Assembly (NCBI RefSeq): GCF_009914755.1 | Contig: NC_060933.1 | Strand: one strand, 5' to 3' | Length of the DNA: 64,000 nt | DNA from: the human T2T-CHM13v2.0 reference genome, Homo sapiens | Part shown: positions 63,291-64,000 of the stretch, piece after piece | How positions within the stretch are numbered: the first letter of the stretch is position 1 | Layout of the letters: the number at the start of each line of letters is the position of its first letter | Notes under the pieces: generated by a model | Database searches by the model: none | The model's input: the letters and a program-made list of their open reading frames with translations, nothing else | What the model was told of the DNA's origin: nothing | Program-made: the position numbers and the translations under genes

Positions 63291-63684
63291 ATGGAAAAAA
63301 ACTATTTCCCTTATGAGAAGTGGCTTGCTCCTACGTGCCATCAATTCACCCCTCCTTAGGCCTTGGTATAAAATACCAGGGCCTCCTAGAATTGACCAGG
63401 TAAAACATCTCTTATTCTAGCCCTTTCTACTCCAGCTGTTTCCTTGATGTAGATATCCTCCTTCCTTTGTCTCCCTTAGCCTGTCGAAACCCTATGCATC
63501 TTTGTCTCAGTTTAGAAGTCCTCCAGGAAGCCATCCCTGACAACCCAGCCACACCCTAATCTGGGCTAGTAGCCTCTCCTAGATGCTCCCTTTAAAACCT
63601 GTACATATTCTTTACATAGCATATACTGTATCCCTTTGCAATGGAAGTATCCCCATGTTGATTTTCTCTGTCTTGTCACTAAAC

Positions 63685-63878
63685 AAGGACTGTCCAGTAG
63701 AACTTCTGATGATGATGGAAATGTTCTACATTTGCACTCTCCACTATGGTTGCCACTAACTACGTGTAAGCACTTGAAATGTGGCTAGTGTAATTAAGAA
63801 ATTGAATTTTTAATTTTATTTAATTTTAGCTAATTTACGTAGCCACATGTGGCTAGAGACTACCATATTGAACAGCAC
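63685..63878 (+). mobile_element. MER3 hAT transposon inside a plus-strand L2 3' end
   Basis: 'ctgtccagtagaacttctgatgatgatggaaatgttcta...agccacatgtggctag...ccatattgaacagcac'; flanks cactaaac / cactagac. Confidence 0.85.
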
Positions 63879-64000
63879 ACTAGACATTACATTTTGTAAG
63901 CACAGGTTGTGTATCTTGTTCACTGCTGAAACCCTGGCATGCGAAAAAGCACTAGGCACGTAATAGAAACTTGATAAATATTTGGGAATTAACGCATAAT

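Overview
Primate (very probably human) nuclear DNA, AT-rich and CpG-depleted, roughly half made of recognisable transposable-element relics. It looks like a large intron or gene desert. No host protein-coding exon, RNA gene, CRISPR array or prokaryotic feature can be supported, and the long ORFs in the track come from L1, LTR12 or Alu. The main elements are two L1s. (1) A young L1PA3/PA4-like LINE-1 (36240-41529) has a textbook twin-priming 5' inversion and a 14-bp TSD; it sits inside an old MER104-like DNA transposon that is also split by an ERVL LTR. (2) A near full-length old L1PA16/17-like element (~44710-54363) carries a complete solo LTR12 (ERV9) in its 5'UTR in the same orientation, five ~110-130 bp 5'UTR tandem units, a template-switch scar and a nested inverted Alu pair. 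There are also about 14 Alus and many MIR, L2, MLT and MER relics. Several repeat-free islands (about 5.6, 8, 10.7, 19, 22, 24.6-25.2, 29.3, 57 and 60.6 kb) have retained CpGs and/or developmental TF motifs, and look like enhancers or a cryptic minus-strand terminal exon. I see no evidence for a new multi-component biological system. The best leads are the LTR12-in-L1 chimeric promoter, the 24.6-25.2 kb island and the 29.2 kb nested hairpin. Subfamily names are by eye from remembered consensus sequences, and boundaries of old elements are approximate.
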